A stretch of 64,000 nucleotides of DNA from Calcarisporiella thermophila CBS 279.70 (GCF_041956535.1 NW_027192191.1:1003443-1067442), one strand, 5' to 3'. Shown: positions 50,211 through 63,987, counted from the stretch's first letter. Notes: generated by a model from the sequence alone, not told the origin. Numbers and translations: made by a program.

Positions 50211-51488
50211 GATGTTAAAAAAACTAATAAAGAAAGAGTATTAAAAGAGTAAACACAAAGACACTGGTTATTTTCAGTTTTTAGATTTTTTTTTCCAACG
50301 TAACAGCATTTGATTCAGATCAGTGCTGAGCCACGAGTCAAGTTTCTAAATTGAAATATGAGCTAGGAGAGCATTGGGCTGGTGCTGTTATAACCAAAAC
50401 CATTATGCGAGACTACGAGTACGAGCATGTTGGAATTAATTATGCCCTGATCTTGGAGAAGCACAGGCAGTATGCGACGCTTGCAAACTGCTGAACCAGC
50501 AGATTACTCAATCAATTGCAGGTGGAAAACGAATTGGGAAATATTGTTTATCTGCATTCATGCCGACTCTTTGACAATACACATTCCAGTATCTCGGATC
50601 AAAGTGGTATGCAGCAAGAGCACAACTGCTATTAATGTGGTCGACTCTTCCGAATAAAAAGGAACAGTGTAGAAAGGGAGATCAATATAAGTCATAAGGG
50701 TCTTGACCCTAACTAATCATTGGGAAGGGAGCATCAATACAAGGACAAGCAATCAGTCTTCTCAGTAGCAGGGGAAGAAGTGGTCCGTGGCTCCTCAGCA
50801 CTCTGGATTCAGTAGGCTGAAAATTTGTCAGAGATCGTTTTATTTCGGATAAACGAGTGTTTCAATATGGGGAGACTGAAATACCCTTATGCTTTAAAGG
50901 AGACGAGTGAAAACTTTACCTTGAGGATATAGGAGCTTGTCCACATCAACATATATCTGATGCTTGTCAACATCCCAAATATTACACCCACCCAGCTCTT
51001 GCCGTTCCCTTTTGAAACACCTGGATTAAATTCTGCGACTGTGTTTATCCTGCACACAGTCTTAAAGATGCCAGGCACCAACTCTTCTCGAGGGAAAGGC
51101 AGAGCCTAGCAAGCACCCATGCTATGCAGCGCAAGTCTCCTCCGGCTGTGCGGGCGCTAGCCTATTATCGCTGGCCACATTTGCTGCGGATTGGTCCCAT
51201 AGGAGACGCCCCTGCGGCTGTGATTCCTTCCCGAGAGTAGCCAAATTCCGCTGACATACCAGTTTTAGGTCGGACCTTTTTTTAGCTTGCTACACAGATA
51301 ATTCAAGGGCTCCAAAAGGAATAACCATTAAAATAAAGAGAATAAATACAGCCTCTCATAAGCCAAAAGCATCCAAAGTTCAGTGATCTTTATTTTTATC
51401 TCCTGTTTCTGCTTTGACATCTTATTTATATTTTCCTTAATCTGACATTCCTTATATCCCATTCCCGCTCAAATTCAAAGAACTCAAC

Positions 51489-53410
51489 ATGCCATCTCAA
51501 CGAGATGCTCCTAGGACACGGCGGTCGAATGAATTCGATTCACCCGTAAAGCTGCGCTCTCTGGAAGAACAGCAAACCCACCTCCCTGTCCCGTCACAGC
51601 GCAACACCCTCTTCCGTGGAACTCGCCGTGTATATCTTGGACTTGCTTTCATTGCGATTACCCTCCTCATCCTTTTGAATATCCCTAATCATAAGGGGAT
51701 GATGCGATCCTCCCTTAATGAACAGCAACCTGACAGCAATCTGCAAGATTTTCACAATCATGGAAGCATAGATGAGACGGCCGATCGCGGGCTTTTCGAA
51801 TCAGAGGGCCATCACACCCTCTTCGTCCTCGTTAACAGCACTATGAGTGAAATCTCGCGGCGTATGCTGATTCGAAAGCATCTGTTTGATAACTATGATA
51901 ACCTGGTTCCTTGCCGACGATACAATACCGAGGTACATTACAAGTTTTTGGTAAGAAAGGAGCAGAAAATCACTCCTGAATTGCGTCGTCAATACGTGGC
52001 AGAAAAAATTGAATACGATGATATTGTTGAGCTGCCAGGGAGCCGCCAACAAGACTTCTTAGAATGGGTAATGATCCATCTCTGCGAGATATTTGTCATC
52101 CTATTTAAACATTTTGTTTTTTTTTCCAAGGCTCGTTCGCTGACCACCGAATCCGACAATACATTCAACTTCGATTATCTGCTCATCATGGATGAACACG
52201 CCGTGGTTCGCGTGGACCGTGTCCTAGATGAACTAAAAAAGAAAATCATTGGTGGTGGCAACTTCAAGAGCACATCCATCGATCTGCACAACCCTAAGCT
52301 CCTCGTATGGGGCGGATTTGATAATAAGGGGAATGATGATAAGTTTGTGGTTATGGGTATGGATGCAATTTCCATGCTGCTCGACTCGAAGGACACCATT
52401 GGCAACCAAGGTCCAAATATTATCACATCAGCTTACAACCATTTTGCAGAGAATCCCGACGGATCCCCTTTCCTGTTCGTCGAGGATGACCAGCGTATCA
52501 TACCGTGGACAAATCAGATCGGGGCAGTGCAGGGAGATGAGATTGCGGTTTTCAACGCCTTTATTGATGACGAGTTCCATGCTTTGATGGGCAAAATGAA
52601 CATCCACCCGGTCAACGTATGCAGTCGTGTCCCTGCACAAGACGCCAATTCTCCCAAGAAGCCCAACATTGTTGTGTTGACCTCTTCGTTTGTGTACCCG
52701 GATAATTGCATGCTGACGGCTGCCGACATCGCGGCAGACAATAAGCGCAAATACGCTAAGAAGCATGGCTATGCGTTCGTTGCCCGCTCGAAAGAATTTG
52801 CTGAGCAAATCTTCCTCAAGCGGAAAACGGTATGGGGCAAAGTGGATGCAGTCGAGAAAGTCCTTGTAAATTATGATTGGATGCTGTGGCTAGATATGGA
52901 TGCGGTTATCTTCAACCCTACGGTGACGGTGGAGGGTTTGTTGGAGAAATTCAAGGACATGACCGACAACCTAGACAATAAGCACCTGATTGTGGCCAAA
53001 CCGCGGGGCGATTCCATGATAAACGCCGGGGTCTTCTTGATCCGCAACTCAGAATGGAGTAGGAAGTACTTGCGCGCTGTTCAGGAGCAAACCACCGACT
53101 ATTTCGGCAAATTCTATGAGCAGCATGCCATGTGGGTTGTGATGCAGCAGGATGAGTGGAAAGAAGGGGTACATAGACCACGATTGAATGGTTTGATGAC
53201 GGCATGCTGATGTATCATTTTCTCTTCATTTAGGCGCTCTTACTGGACGGTGACGACCACACCTTCAACACTTTCCCAAACCGCTACAAACCTGGAGACT
53301 TTGTTGTGCACTATGCGCCCGATGCTTGCCCCGCAAAACAGGTCATCGATGGAGTCCAGATGGCGGATAGGCTGGAGGAAGAGGGGGAGTTAGCTAACAG
53401 TACCTCCTAA
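51489..53410 (+). CDS. Type II membrane glycosyltransferase: GT31(galactosyl_T)-like domain fused to a GT34 (Mnn10/Gma12) domain. Introns ~52068-52130 and ~53170-53233
   Basis: N-terminal TM, then LFVLVNS…RRMLIRK…KFLV…EKIEYDDIV…FDYLLIMDEH, then NKRKYAKKHGY…WGKVDAV…YDWMLWLDMDA…INAGVFLIRNSEWS…YEQHA…GDFVVHYA. Confidence 0.82.
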
Positions 53411-53846
53411 AAAATAACAAAGGTTAACCACGGACTCTTTTGCTCTTGATTTTTTTTTCTCTACCCTCCTATATCATTTTCTCATTTGCTCCAGAGCATA
53501 TTCAGATGCATATGCTCGCGAAATTATTATATTCATTATAATCTATTTATCGAACGACTTCCATCTTTTAAAATCTATTATATCTATATACATTTTATTC
53601 CTTTATTTTATGTTTTCCTTTATTGCTTCGGTATAGAATAACAGTTGGGATGATAACAGAGTGAATAGCAGGAGAGGCGATAAATACATATATCTGTTAT
53701 TGCTTTTCCCGTTAAAAAATGACTTACAAAAAAAAAGTTGGCGATAGGTCAACACTCTTGTATCTATCATTAAAGGAGCTATGATAATGTTTCTACGTGA
53801 CTTAACGGATAAATAATATAAGTGCGTTTAATCCCAGCACGAGTCT

Positions 53847-55591
53847 TTAAACCGCAACCCCACGGGCGCAACTGCACTGATTTTGCTTACACTCGCTCTC
53901 ACAGCACTCCGCCAATGCTCGCATCTGTCGCTGCAAGAATTCGACCTCGCTCTTCACGATGAGTGGCACACTGCGACAGCTGCAGTCATCACACCCTGCT
54001 GTGGCCGCGGTCACCGGGGGATCTGGGCTCGCTCCTCCTTCGAGCTCACCCAAGTGCATCACACGGCTAACCTGTCGAAGCAACAAGTCCGGTACGATGC
54101 CAGGGGGCAATAACTTATGCAGAGGAAGGGAGTAGAAGAAGAGGGTCAAGAACGCCAACTTCTCCCGACTCGCTGCGCTCGACTCCTCGGCAGACTTCTT
54201 GAGAAGCTCGAAGAGAGGGGTTCGTTCGGTGGCGCTCAAAAGCGTCTCCAATTTATCGCGGTACTCCATCTCGTCCTTCTGAGCCATTGTCGCATCCAAT
54301 TGAGATTCTGAATCTTTGATGTTGGAGGGATCGGGTATATCAAAGCGGCGTGATTCAACAATAGTCTCGAACTCAGGAGGAAGGAAGGAAACCAACAAGC
54401 GCACGACATCGAGTGCATTGGAAGGCTTGGCTGTGCCAAGCAAAGTCGGAAATGCTTCGAAGAGCTGGCTAGAAAGGCGGTTCCAAGAGTTTTTATTCAG
54501 AGCGAGATGCACCAAACCTTTGTCAGATTGCTGCTTGCATAGGATTGAGAAGCCTCTGCAAAAATGCATCTTTAGCTCGTTAATAATAAATTGAAAAAAG
54601 AGGGCAGCCCAGCTTACCTAGGAAGGCCTGTTTCGGAATCGCAAGGGAATAATGACTCCCAGAGTAAATCAAAATCGACCCAGTAAGAGCCATACTGGAC
54701 AAGAGATTGAGTTAGTATTGTACAATAATTGATTCCATAAAAATGGGGGCATACCTTGAATCTCGCAGTGTCAAGAATTAGCACCATCTTTTCACTCTCG
54801 CAAAACCCGGCAACTGGCTATGAAGATATCCATAAGTTACAGAGAAGTTCAAACACGTAGCTTTTGGAAATATTCTATTACCGAAAAATGGCCATCCCCT
54901 GTCTGACCCAACGTCTTACGACTGTAGGATACGACCATGCACGAATTGGAGCTTCTCATGATCTGCTTGATTTCCGATAAAAACATCTCTTTCGTTCTAA
55001 AAAAAAGGAGGATAAGAAAGAGAGCGCTATAATAACTAATGAGAAGCGACATAATACAGACGTTTGATCTGCACGGTATGTACGTTCTGATAGACCATTA
55101 CAGCGCGCTAAACAGCCGAATTCTGGAAGGGTAACGCCTTTCAGCCGAACATGCTATATGCAACAAAGACGTCAGCATATTTTGAAGCTGAATTAGAAAC
55201 TGTCGAAAAATTCCTATGAACTCACCTCCAAGGGTCTACAACAATCGAGGAGTTCATCATGATACCAACGCCAGACACCTTTCCATTTTGCTTTTGGGTC
55301 GATTTCTAGCGCATTTAGCACCGTAGTAAGCGAAGAGAGAGCACAGAATGCTGGATCGCTCTGGGTGGTATACTGCTGTGCCAGTAAAAAGTAATTCTCC
55401 AAGTAGCCTTCCTGTAGTGCTTTCTTGAAGAGGGATTTGCCTTCTGGCGAGGAAAACGAGACAAGGTGGTCTGGAAGTTGCCGCTTATAAAAGGAGGCGA
55501 GAGGAGGAGTGATCATGTTGGAGGGTATAGGAATGCGAGGACGGGTAGTTGCAAGGAGTATCGGTGAGAATAGACGAGGAAAACGATTCAT
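53847..55591 (-). CDS. PCS1: Phytochelatin synthase (glutathione gamma-glutamylcysteinyltransferase), 6 exons
   Basis: SFYKRQLP, TQSDPAFCAL (catalytic Cys), WKGVWRWY, LDCC, LGQTGDGHFSP (His), LILDTARFKY (Asp), Cys-rich C-terminus. Confidence 0.94.
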
Positions 55592-55889
55592 CAAAAGAAA
55601 AGAAATAAAGAAGGTGGAGATGGAGCACGATCTATCCAGAAAGAGAATACCGTATGATATGATCGAGAGGTGCCGAGAGCTCTAAATAGTCAAAAGTTTG
55701 TTGTTCATATGTAATAATTAACTCTGAGATGTATTTAAAAGCATTCAGAAGGTCTGAAAGAGCAAATCCCACCGAGCCAATGAAGGGCTCCCACACTCAA
55801 AGCTCCTTTTTTCTTGCAAACGCGGAGACCTTGCTAAAGTGTATTGAAGCTTTTCTAATCATTCCCTACTAAAGTCTCAGGAAATAATA

Positions 55890-56623
55890 ATGTCAAGAAT
55901 CAAATCGCCATCAATTCTTGGCTTATTCGCCTTTATGCTCGCGCTGTGCGCATGCGTCTCTGCATACACTATGGTCATCGATCCCAGCAGCACAGAATGC
56001 TTTTACGAGAATTTATCGAAAGATGATCACCTAATGATTACCTTTCAAGTCGGGGAGGGCGGACATTTGGATATAGATTTCTGGGTAGGTTTGGGTTTTC
56101 TTCGCGCCTTGGAAGGATTCTATAGGCCATGTGGATGCTGATGCTGCCTATATTGCTGAAAACAAAAGCTAATCTTCGAATAATATAATTGTCTCCTAAT
56201 TTCCTGTAGATTACGGATCCCTCTGACCGCTTTGTACAACAGCGTGTACGCGAATCTACAGGCACCTACTCTATTATTGCAGAGCGCTCTGGACGGTACA
56301 CTTACTGCTTTAGCAATGACATGTCCACCGTGAGCGAGAAGACTGTGACCTTCTATGTGCATGGTTTTCAGAAGTCAGATGCAGATGCAGAGCACCTCGA
56401 CCCCCTCGATCGCGAAATTCGTGAGCTGCGGGACAGCTTGTCTGCGATTAAGGATGAGCAGGAGTACATGGTTTTGAGAGAGAAGAGACATTACCAGACT
56501 TGCGATTCCACTAATTCTCGTGTGCTATGGTGGAGCATGTTCCAGACTGGAGTGCTCGCCGCAGTCTGCTTCTGGCAGGTGTACTATTTGAAGCGATTCT
56601 TTGAGGTAAAACGCATGGTGTAG
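55890..56623 (+). CDS. EMP24: p24/emp24 family cargo receptor (GOLD domain), one intron ~56085-56209
   Basis: Signal peptide, ECFYE, FQVGEGGHLDIDFW, YCFSN, EQEYMVLRE, STNSRVLWWS, QVYYLKRFFEVKRMV. Confidence 0.93.
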
Positions 56624-56785
56624 GAATATCACTGGGCAAAAATTCATGGCCGCTCTTTGGTTTGGATAATATGGCTAGTTTGGATGAAGATATATTATAT
56701 TTTTATAATGTTGTCACGAAAAACAAAATAAAAAAAAATATCATAAATTAATGCGAGAGTACGTGCAAAAAAAAAACACCAGACA

Positions 56786-59140
56786 TCATTTCCTGTAAAA
56801 TTGTCTCTTGAATCGGAACCACAGTTGCAGAACGCCCCGGTCAAAGCTGGACCGGAATCCCTTCTTGTGAGAATATTCCCATTCGCGCTTGATAATACGG
56901 AACGCCACATCCTCGTAGGGAGGGCCCGCGATGAAACGCAGGATGACGGTCTCATCGCTCGTCGGGTCTTTCTCGATCCGATAGGTCGGCGCTTTGCTTT
57001 TGTCGATGAGATCAGGGTAAAATATATTGAACCTAACGAGCAAAGGGGGTGAATACTCGTAAAGAAATTCCATGATTTCGTCCTATGAGCTTACTTGTAT
57101 CCTTGCACTGTCTTCGGGGGTGGGTTAGATTCGGAATCATAATGGGTCTGGTTGTACTTGTTCCACTCGTATCCGGTATGCACACGGTTGAAATAGCGTG
57201 GTTTGCGCGGTCGATATTTATCCTGCCACATGTAAGTCTGGTTCTGAATGGCTGCCTCGACGTTGAAGAACTCCTCGTCCTCCTCAAAGTCTTGTGCAGC
57301 TTCTCTGGCATACATGATTTGATCATACTAAAATAAAAGAAAAAGTAGAAGTAATAAAAAAAACCAGAAATAGTGAGCTTTGGGGTGTTCTTAATATCTA
57401 TAAGGATAAACCTACGGAGATCTCGGGCTCTTCAGTAGCCCCTTCGGGCTGGTCTAGTTTCTTCTTGATTGCTTTCTGCTTAAGTGCATAATATTGGTTC
57501 TGCAAGATTTCCCGCCGCTTCTCCCTCTGTAGATGGAAAGCGAGGTTAGAAAAGTTCAATTTGTTGATGAGGAATGAATTATATTTACCAATTGTTTCAT
57601 ATCTTCTTCGGGAGTTATTACAGGTAGTTCTCTATCATCCCGAGGCAAGCGCTCCATTGGCTCAGGACTCATTGAACGATCGTATTCTTCAATTTGAATC
57701 TCTTCCAAATTCTGCTTGCTTGACGCATCTTCTTCGGCACCATTATCTGCTTGCGCGTGCTGTGGCTCTTCATCCAAGATGGCCATGGTAAGCTCCTCCT
57801 GAACTTTCAAGGCTTCTTCGCGCTGCCGTGTCCTTAGTTGGTCAAGGCGTTTGGCAAGCAAATCCTCGTGCAACGCCTTTAATTTAGCCTGGACGTAATG
57901 CGCATAGAGTGAATTCATTTGATTATACCAAAAAAAAGTTTTAAGATGAGCTTACCCTTGCTTTCCAAACCGTGAGCGACTTTAGCAAATGCTCCCAAAA
58001 CTCAATGTCGACCGGCTCGTCTCCCATGAGTTTGCGCTGGATCTGGCCTTGCATCACCGTGAGCTCCTCGAATGATTTACCCCGCAGCAACCCCTCAATG
58101 TCTTCGTTTACAGGTTCAGCAATGCCACCCTCGGCAATCCGCCGTGCATCGGCCTTCATTTTTCCAAGTTTGTCGTCTGCCACCACAATTAAAGCACGCC
58201 AGAATTCCAGAGACTCCGGGCTTTTCTCCAGGTCGAGATACATCAGTATATCTTGGTGCAATTCCTCCACCTCCTCTACACTCAAACCGTCAAAAATGGT
58301 GTAAGGCTCCTCCAAATCCACCTCCAAGTCTGGGTCTTCCACAGCATCCGCCTCGTAGGCTAGGCGGATGTTCATCGCGAGAATGTCGATGGGTTTGGCA
58401 CGATTTTCACGAATGCGTATCTCTGCGCGCCTCTTGGCCTGTTCTAGGTGGAAGTCCCCCTCTCGGGCATGCCAGTCACCCATCGACGCTAATTCCGCCT
58501 CCATTTGCTTGCGACGTCTCTCCTCTTCGGCCGCAATGCGCTCTTGTTCTCGCTCAGCACGACGCCTGTTCAATTTGTCCAATTCGGATATTGCCTCCTC
58601 TTTCCGCAGTTTTTCCCGGCGCGCGGCCTCCTCCGGTGTTATCCCCAACTTTGCATCCCGTTGCTTCTTCTTCACCCACACGAATTTTTGGCCCAGATTC
58701 TCGTCATTAAACGGATTGTCTTTGTCAGTATAGCCAAATGCATTACTCAATCGCTGGCGCTCAAGCTCCTCTTCCTCCTCTCGTCGCTCTTTTTCTTTGT
58801 CACGCTCTCGGCGTTCTTTTTTCTTCTTTTTGCTCTTGCGCTTTTTATACTCGTCTTCAGAATCTGATGGTGAGCGCTCTTTGCGGTGATCTCGGTGCTT
58901 TCGTCGACGACGATGCCGATCTTCTTCAGAGGATGGTGTAGGTGATCTAGTTCGTCGTCTAACGTGCCGATCCTCTTGGCGGTGGTGGGAAGAGCCGCTG
59001 CGATTATCCTCGTGGCGGTCGTGACGTTTTGAATTTCTGGAATGGGTAGGAGAGCGGGAGCGAGAACGAGAATGTCGGCGTTTAGATCGACGATCTTCAG
59101 ATCGATACGAAGGCGATCGCGATCTCGAACGATGGGGCAT
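56786..59140 (-). CDS. Cactin (spliceosome-associated protein), multi-exon
   Basis: RS-rich N-terminus, GYTDKDNPFND, FHLEQAKRRAEIRIRENRAKPIDIL, DKYRPRKPRYFNRVHTGYEWNKYNQTHYD, FNIFYPDLIDK, AGPPYEDVAF. Confidence 0.95.
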
Positions 59141-59331
59141 TAGCAGAGAAAGTTTTCTACAATATGAGAATGCTAAGAAAATGCAGCAAATTCAATGTCA
59201 AGTATTTGTGGCTTGAAATTTTCTAGAAGTGAGAGGGGAATTTTTATAGGTCGAGTGTTGACCCCGCCTTCTCTTATTTCTTCGTAGCATTCCTTCTTGT
59301 TGAATAACAGTAAAAAAAAAAGACGCGTCCA

Positions 59332-61421
59332 ATGTCAAACTATACCAAGAGTAATATGTCCCACTCCCTTAGCATACATGAGAGCGTATACCCACTTATC
59401 GGAATGATTTTTCATTATAGAACACCTTTTTGCACCACTTCCCCAAACAACACGAGGTCAATCCGTTCAACTTGGCGGGGATCCCAAAGGAAAACATATT
59501 CTGTACACCAACGGCAAGTCTGTCTATGTTCGTGATATTACAGTAGGTGTCCAGGAAATGCCAGGAAATGTCTCTCCACGATTCATTCTGATACATTACT
59601 GGTTAGAATCCAACTATCGCGACCGAGTATGTGGGGCATACCGCGACAGCCACCGTCGCACGATATAGCCCAAGTGGATACTATATTGCATCTGCAGGTG
59701 ATAATCGGGTATCTCCTTTCTGGCACAGGATACCTCTTATTTCTTATATCGTTGGTAGATGTGAATGGTAATGTCCATGTGTGGGATGCTGTGGGCGAGG
59801 ATCGGGTCCTAAAGTCTCAGTTCCGGGTCCTATCCGGTCGGATTAACGATCTTTCCTGGGATGGAGAGTCGATGCGCATTATTGCAGTGGGTGATGGGCG
59901 AGAGAAATTCGGGCATGCTTTTCAATTCGATTCCGGCTCATCCTCCGGCGAGATTAGTGGCCACAGCAAGGTGGTGAACAGCGTCTCTATGAGAATGGGT
60001 CGGCCGTTTAGAGCCGTAACGGCGTCTGACGACATGACAGTCGTGTTCCATACCGGAGCACCGTACAAGTATGCGCGAACAATCAGGGATCACACGAGGT
60101 TTGTGCAGTGTGTAAGGTTTGCGCCTGACGGGGAGACATTTGTAAGTGCGGGGGCGGATGGAAAGGTAAGTTCCTTCCCCCCTCTGATGGAATGGGGCTT
60201 GGGCCAAGCTGAGTCGTTGTTTGCCGAGGTTAGCTCTTCCTATACGACGGCAAGACGGGGGACAAAATCTCGGAGCTTTCTTCCCCACAAAGCCACACCG
60301 GCGGTATCTTCTCGGTGTCTTGGGCGGCAGACAGCCAACAACTGCTCACCGCGTCTGCAGACATGACGGCCAAGATCTGGGACGTCAAGGCGGGCACCGT
60401 GACGCAAACATTCACCTTCTCCACCAATGCGCAGAATTTCGAAGCTCAGCAGGTTGGCTGCTTGTGGCAGGGAGACCATCTCGTCTCGCTGTCGCTGGGC
60501 GGGCAGCTTAACTACCTGGATCCCCACAGCGGAGGGGTGGTGCGGGTGGTCGATGGACACTCGAAGGCGATAACCGCCCTGTCCTATGCGGAGCATTTCA
60601 AGACGCTGTTCACGGGCAGCTACGATGGCCGGGTGTGCGCGTGGGAGAATGTGGAGGGCAACGCGCGGCCGCTTGAAAATGGGCACACCAACCAAGTCAC
60701 GGCCATGTGCGTGCGGGAGGACGCCGTGCTTACGGTTGGGATGGACGACACCCTGAAGAGGATTCGGGACTTGAAGTTCGAGAACACTGAGATCACGACC
60801 GGATCCGTGCCAAAATCGGTCTCAGCCGCCAAGGACCGTGTGGTGGTTGCATCCACGCTGGGCGTGGGGATCTCCATTGGTGGAAAGCGCACGGCCTTTC
60901 CTCTCGAATTCGCTGCCACCGTGGCGGCGATCTCACCCGATGGCGCGCTGGTGGCCGTGGGCGGCGACGACGCCAAGGTCCGCCTCTACAAGCTGGAAGG
61001 CTCCACGCCGGGTGAGCTGGAGATCACGCTGCTCCATACACTGACCTCCAACCGCGGCAGCGTCTCGGCCCTCGCCTTCACCCCCGATTCACAGGCCCTC
61101 GCCGCGGGTGACTCGCAGGGCAAGATCTACGTGTACTCCGCGTCCAGCGGGGAGCCCCTCATCTCGCACTGGGTGTTCCATACTGCGAGGATCAACGCGA
61201 TTGCATGGAGCGCCGACGGCAAGTGGGCGGTGAGTGGCTCGCTCGACCAACACGTGTACATGTGGAGTCGCGAGAAGCCGATGCGAAAGATCGCGATCAG
61301 AAGCGCGCATGTGGGTGGGGTGACAGGCGTCGCCTTCCTGGAATGTAAAGCCGACCGGGCGGAGATCGTGAGCGCCGGACAGGATGCATGTGTTAAGGTG
61401 TGGGAGGCACAATATCCTTAA
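59332..61421 (+). CDS. AIP1: Actin-interacting protein 1 / WDR1 (double WD40 propeller), multi-exon
   Basis: PQTTRG, GDPKG, SGYYIAS, SGRINDLSWDGESMRIIAVGDGREKFG, DSGSSSGEISGHSK, RPFRAVTASDD, WVFHTARIN. Confidence 0.95.
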
Positions 61422-61913
61422 TACTAAATAGAGTTTTGCCCTGTGCTTTGCTCCCCCCACCGGAGATTTTCGTTAGAGTTTTTTCCGGCGAGAGAGTACT
61501 GAACCTAACATGAATTTTAACCCGTTTGTGTTTTTGAACTATGACTTGTATATTGGCCCAGCGACCGAAAACAACGAAATATATATAGATAAAGGAGAAA
61601 GGGGAAAACAAAGAGAGGGAGAATAAAGAAACTAGAAAATAGAACAGAGAAACGGAGTCATAGAAAGAATAGAGAGAAAGAGTAAGAAAGGCGAAGCATC
61701 TAAAAAATAAATGTAAAGTACAAAATAAAGAATATATTCCCACAGAGTAATAGAGAGAAAGAAGTCAAAGCCGTCCCAAATAATAGAGGAAAAAAAAAAG
61801 ATAACCCAAATCTAAATTCAGAATAAGAAACGCAATCGATTGTAAAAGAGAAGAAGGAGAAAGGAAATCACGGCAGTGCTCTGATGGATCAATGTTCTTG
61901 TCTTTTTTTTAGT

Positions 61914-63987
61914 TCACCAAGGGCGCCTGTGCAAAGGTTCGCTTTTTCCACCGCTCATTGAGGTGGGGTGCACCATAGTGCCTTGGGGAGAGGCAGAGGA
62001 CATGGGACCCGGCCCCCCTCCAATAGGAGGCAGGACACTGGGTAGGGCATTCCCGGACTGATTCCAGCTCCCCAGCGGGGGAAGAACGGGCGCCTGAGTT
62101 TCGCTAGCGCTATGGATCGTGGTTATGGGAGGTACCGAGGAATAGGTGGTGTGCGGGTTCGCGGGGGTGTAGCTCGAATGGGCCTCGTGTGGAGGCCGGC
62201 CGGTGCCATTGGCATTATAGGGGGGGAGAGAAGGGGGAGGGAGCGGGGCGTGATGATGGTGGTGGTGATGGGTGTTCGCGTGATGGTGGTGGTGTTGTGA
62301 AGCTGAAGGGCCGATGTGAGAATGAGGATGAGAATGTGCATGCACATGCGCGGGAGATTGATGATGGTAGTGGTGATGATGCATAGGCGGTTGCTCATAG
62401 CTATCATACGGGCCTCCCCCGGTTGCACCACGCGGATGCCCGCCGCCAATGGGTGCAGGGGCAGGAGAGGAATGCGGGGGCAAATTCTGGCTCCTCTCGG
62501 TGAAGACGGCCGGGGTGCGTGTTGCTAGCGGGGGAGATCTAAAGATCGCGCTGGGGGGTGGGAGGGTTACCGAGCGAGAGGGCGAGCCTGAGGCTGCGTT
62601 GCTCGCGGGCGGATTAGATTGGGCCATTCCCATGCTAGGCGGCGGGGGCGTCTGCTGCTGATACTGGGGCGGGGGGTGTCGTGCGGGGTGGGATGAGTAG
62701 TACTCGCCGGGCGGACGCGAATCCATTGGAGCGGCCGGGGCTACTGAGAGGGGAGCCAGAGGCTTTATCTCGTTAAGCGGCGCGCGATGACGGTCGTCGC
62801 TCGCAGCGTGGGGGGGCGGAGGTAGATTGGACTCCCGTGCTGAGGCTTGAGGGGGTATTCCGTCACGCGTCGCTAGACCTGGCTCGTTTCGATGCACAGG
62901 AGGCTGTTGCGAGGAGAGCGTTAGCAAGTCGGAGACCAGACTTCGATAAAGGGGCAGGGAATAAGTTACCGTGGAGGAATCTTGCATAATTGTGGAGGAT
63001 TGCCTCTTCATCTGGTCCTGGTGGATCAGGTACGAAATATAGGCGTGCGTTGCATTTCTCTTAATCCGTGGATCAAACCGCACATTCTGATATTTGCGCT
63101 GGAACGCGCCCACCTCCTGCCGGCCACCTTTTCCCTCGTCCATAACCGCTCCCCCCACCATCCCTACACCCACGCCTGCCATGCCCCCGTAATAGCCGCT
63201 GTATCCATGCCCATTGGCGTAGCTTTGGGGATGCATGGGAGGCTGCTGTTGCTGCTGCGGATGGGGAGGCGGCTGTGGAGGAGGGATCGAGCTTGGGCCT
63301 AAGCTCGACGGGCGATGACTTGGGGGAGTCCCATGGGGGATATCCGCGGGGCCCTATTGATAAAGCGACGAGTGAGATAGGCTGCGTAGAGAGGGAGAAC
63401 ACAGGAAAAGAGGATAAGTAACCTGCAGGGGCCATCCGCGCTCATTAGCGTGTTGCTCGCCGATACTGAGCCGCTGTACGGCTGCAGCCGAAGAACGCTC
63501 CATCTCAGGGGAGGAGGAGTTGGTCTGGTAGCCATTTTGTACGGGAGGATATCTCGACGCTGCGGAAGAGGGCGGGGGCTGGAGAGGAGGAAGCGAAGGC
63601 CCGCCGATAGGCTTTGCGGCGATATAGTCTGGCGCCGAGTTGGCCTGGAGGTGGGCTGGAGCAGTAGACGGGCCGTGCAGATGATGCCCATGATGGTAAT
63701 GCGGTGATGGGTACTCACCCGGTGTGTACTGCTGGGGATATTCTTGTACATTATTTGCAGAGTAAGAATGTGCGATCTTGGGTTTTGTTGGTTGGTAGGC
63801 TTCAAGCTTGTCAGCCGATTTGCGTTTTGCTGAATTCTGTTTAGAAAAAAAGGTTAAGTTATACTAGATTGTTGAATTGCTAAGCAATAAAGCATTCGGG
63901 CGCTACCGTGATGAAGGAGGGTCGACGCGAGCGCAGATCGTCAGGCGTCTGCTCCCTTGACGACGGGCCGCTTTTTTCTTCGGCCAT
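61914..63987 (-). CDS. Pro/His/Gln-rich, largely disordered protein with one compact motif (RFDPRIKRNATHAYISYLIHQDQ). It may extend 5' beyond the window
   Basis: Three exons (~63907-63987, ~63423-63836, 61914-63354) splice in frame via GT-AG introns. Confidence 0.7.

Noticed and set aside
38222-55591. Heavy-metal detoxification gene cluster (ABCC plus PCS)
   Set aside because: The two genes are separated by ILV6, ILV5, RanGAP and a glycosyltransferase. There is no evidence beyond loose proximity.
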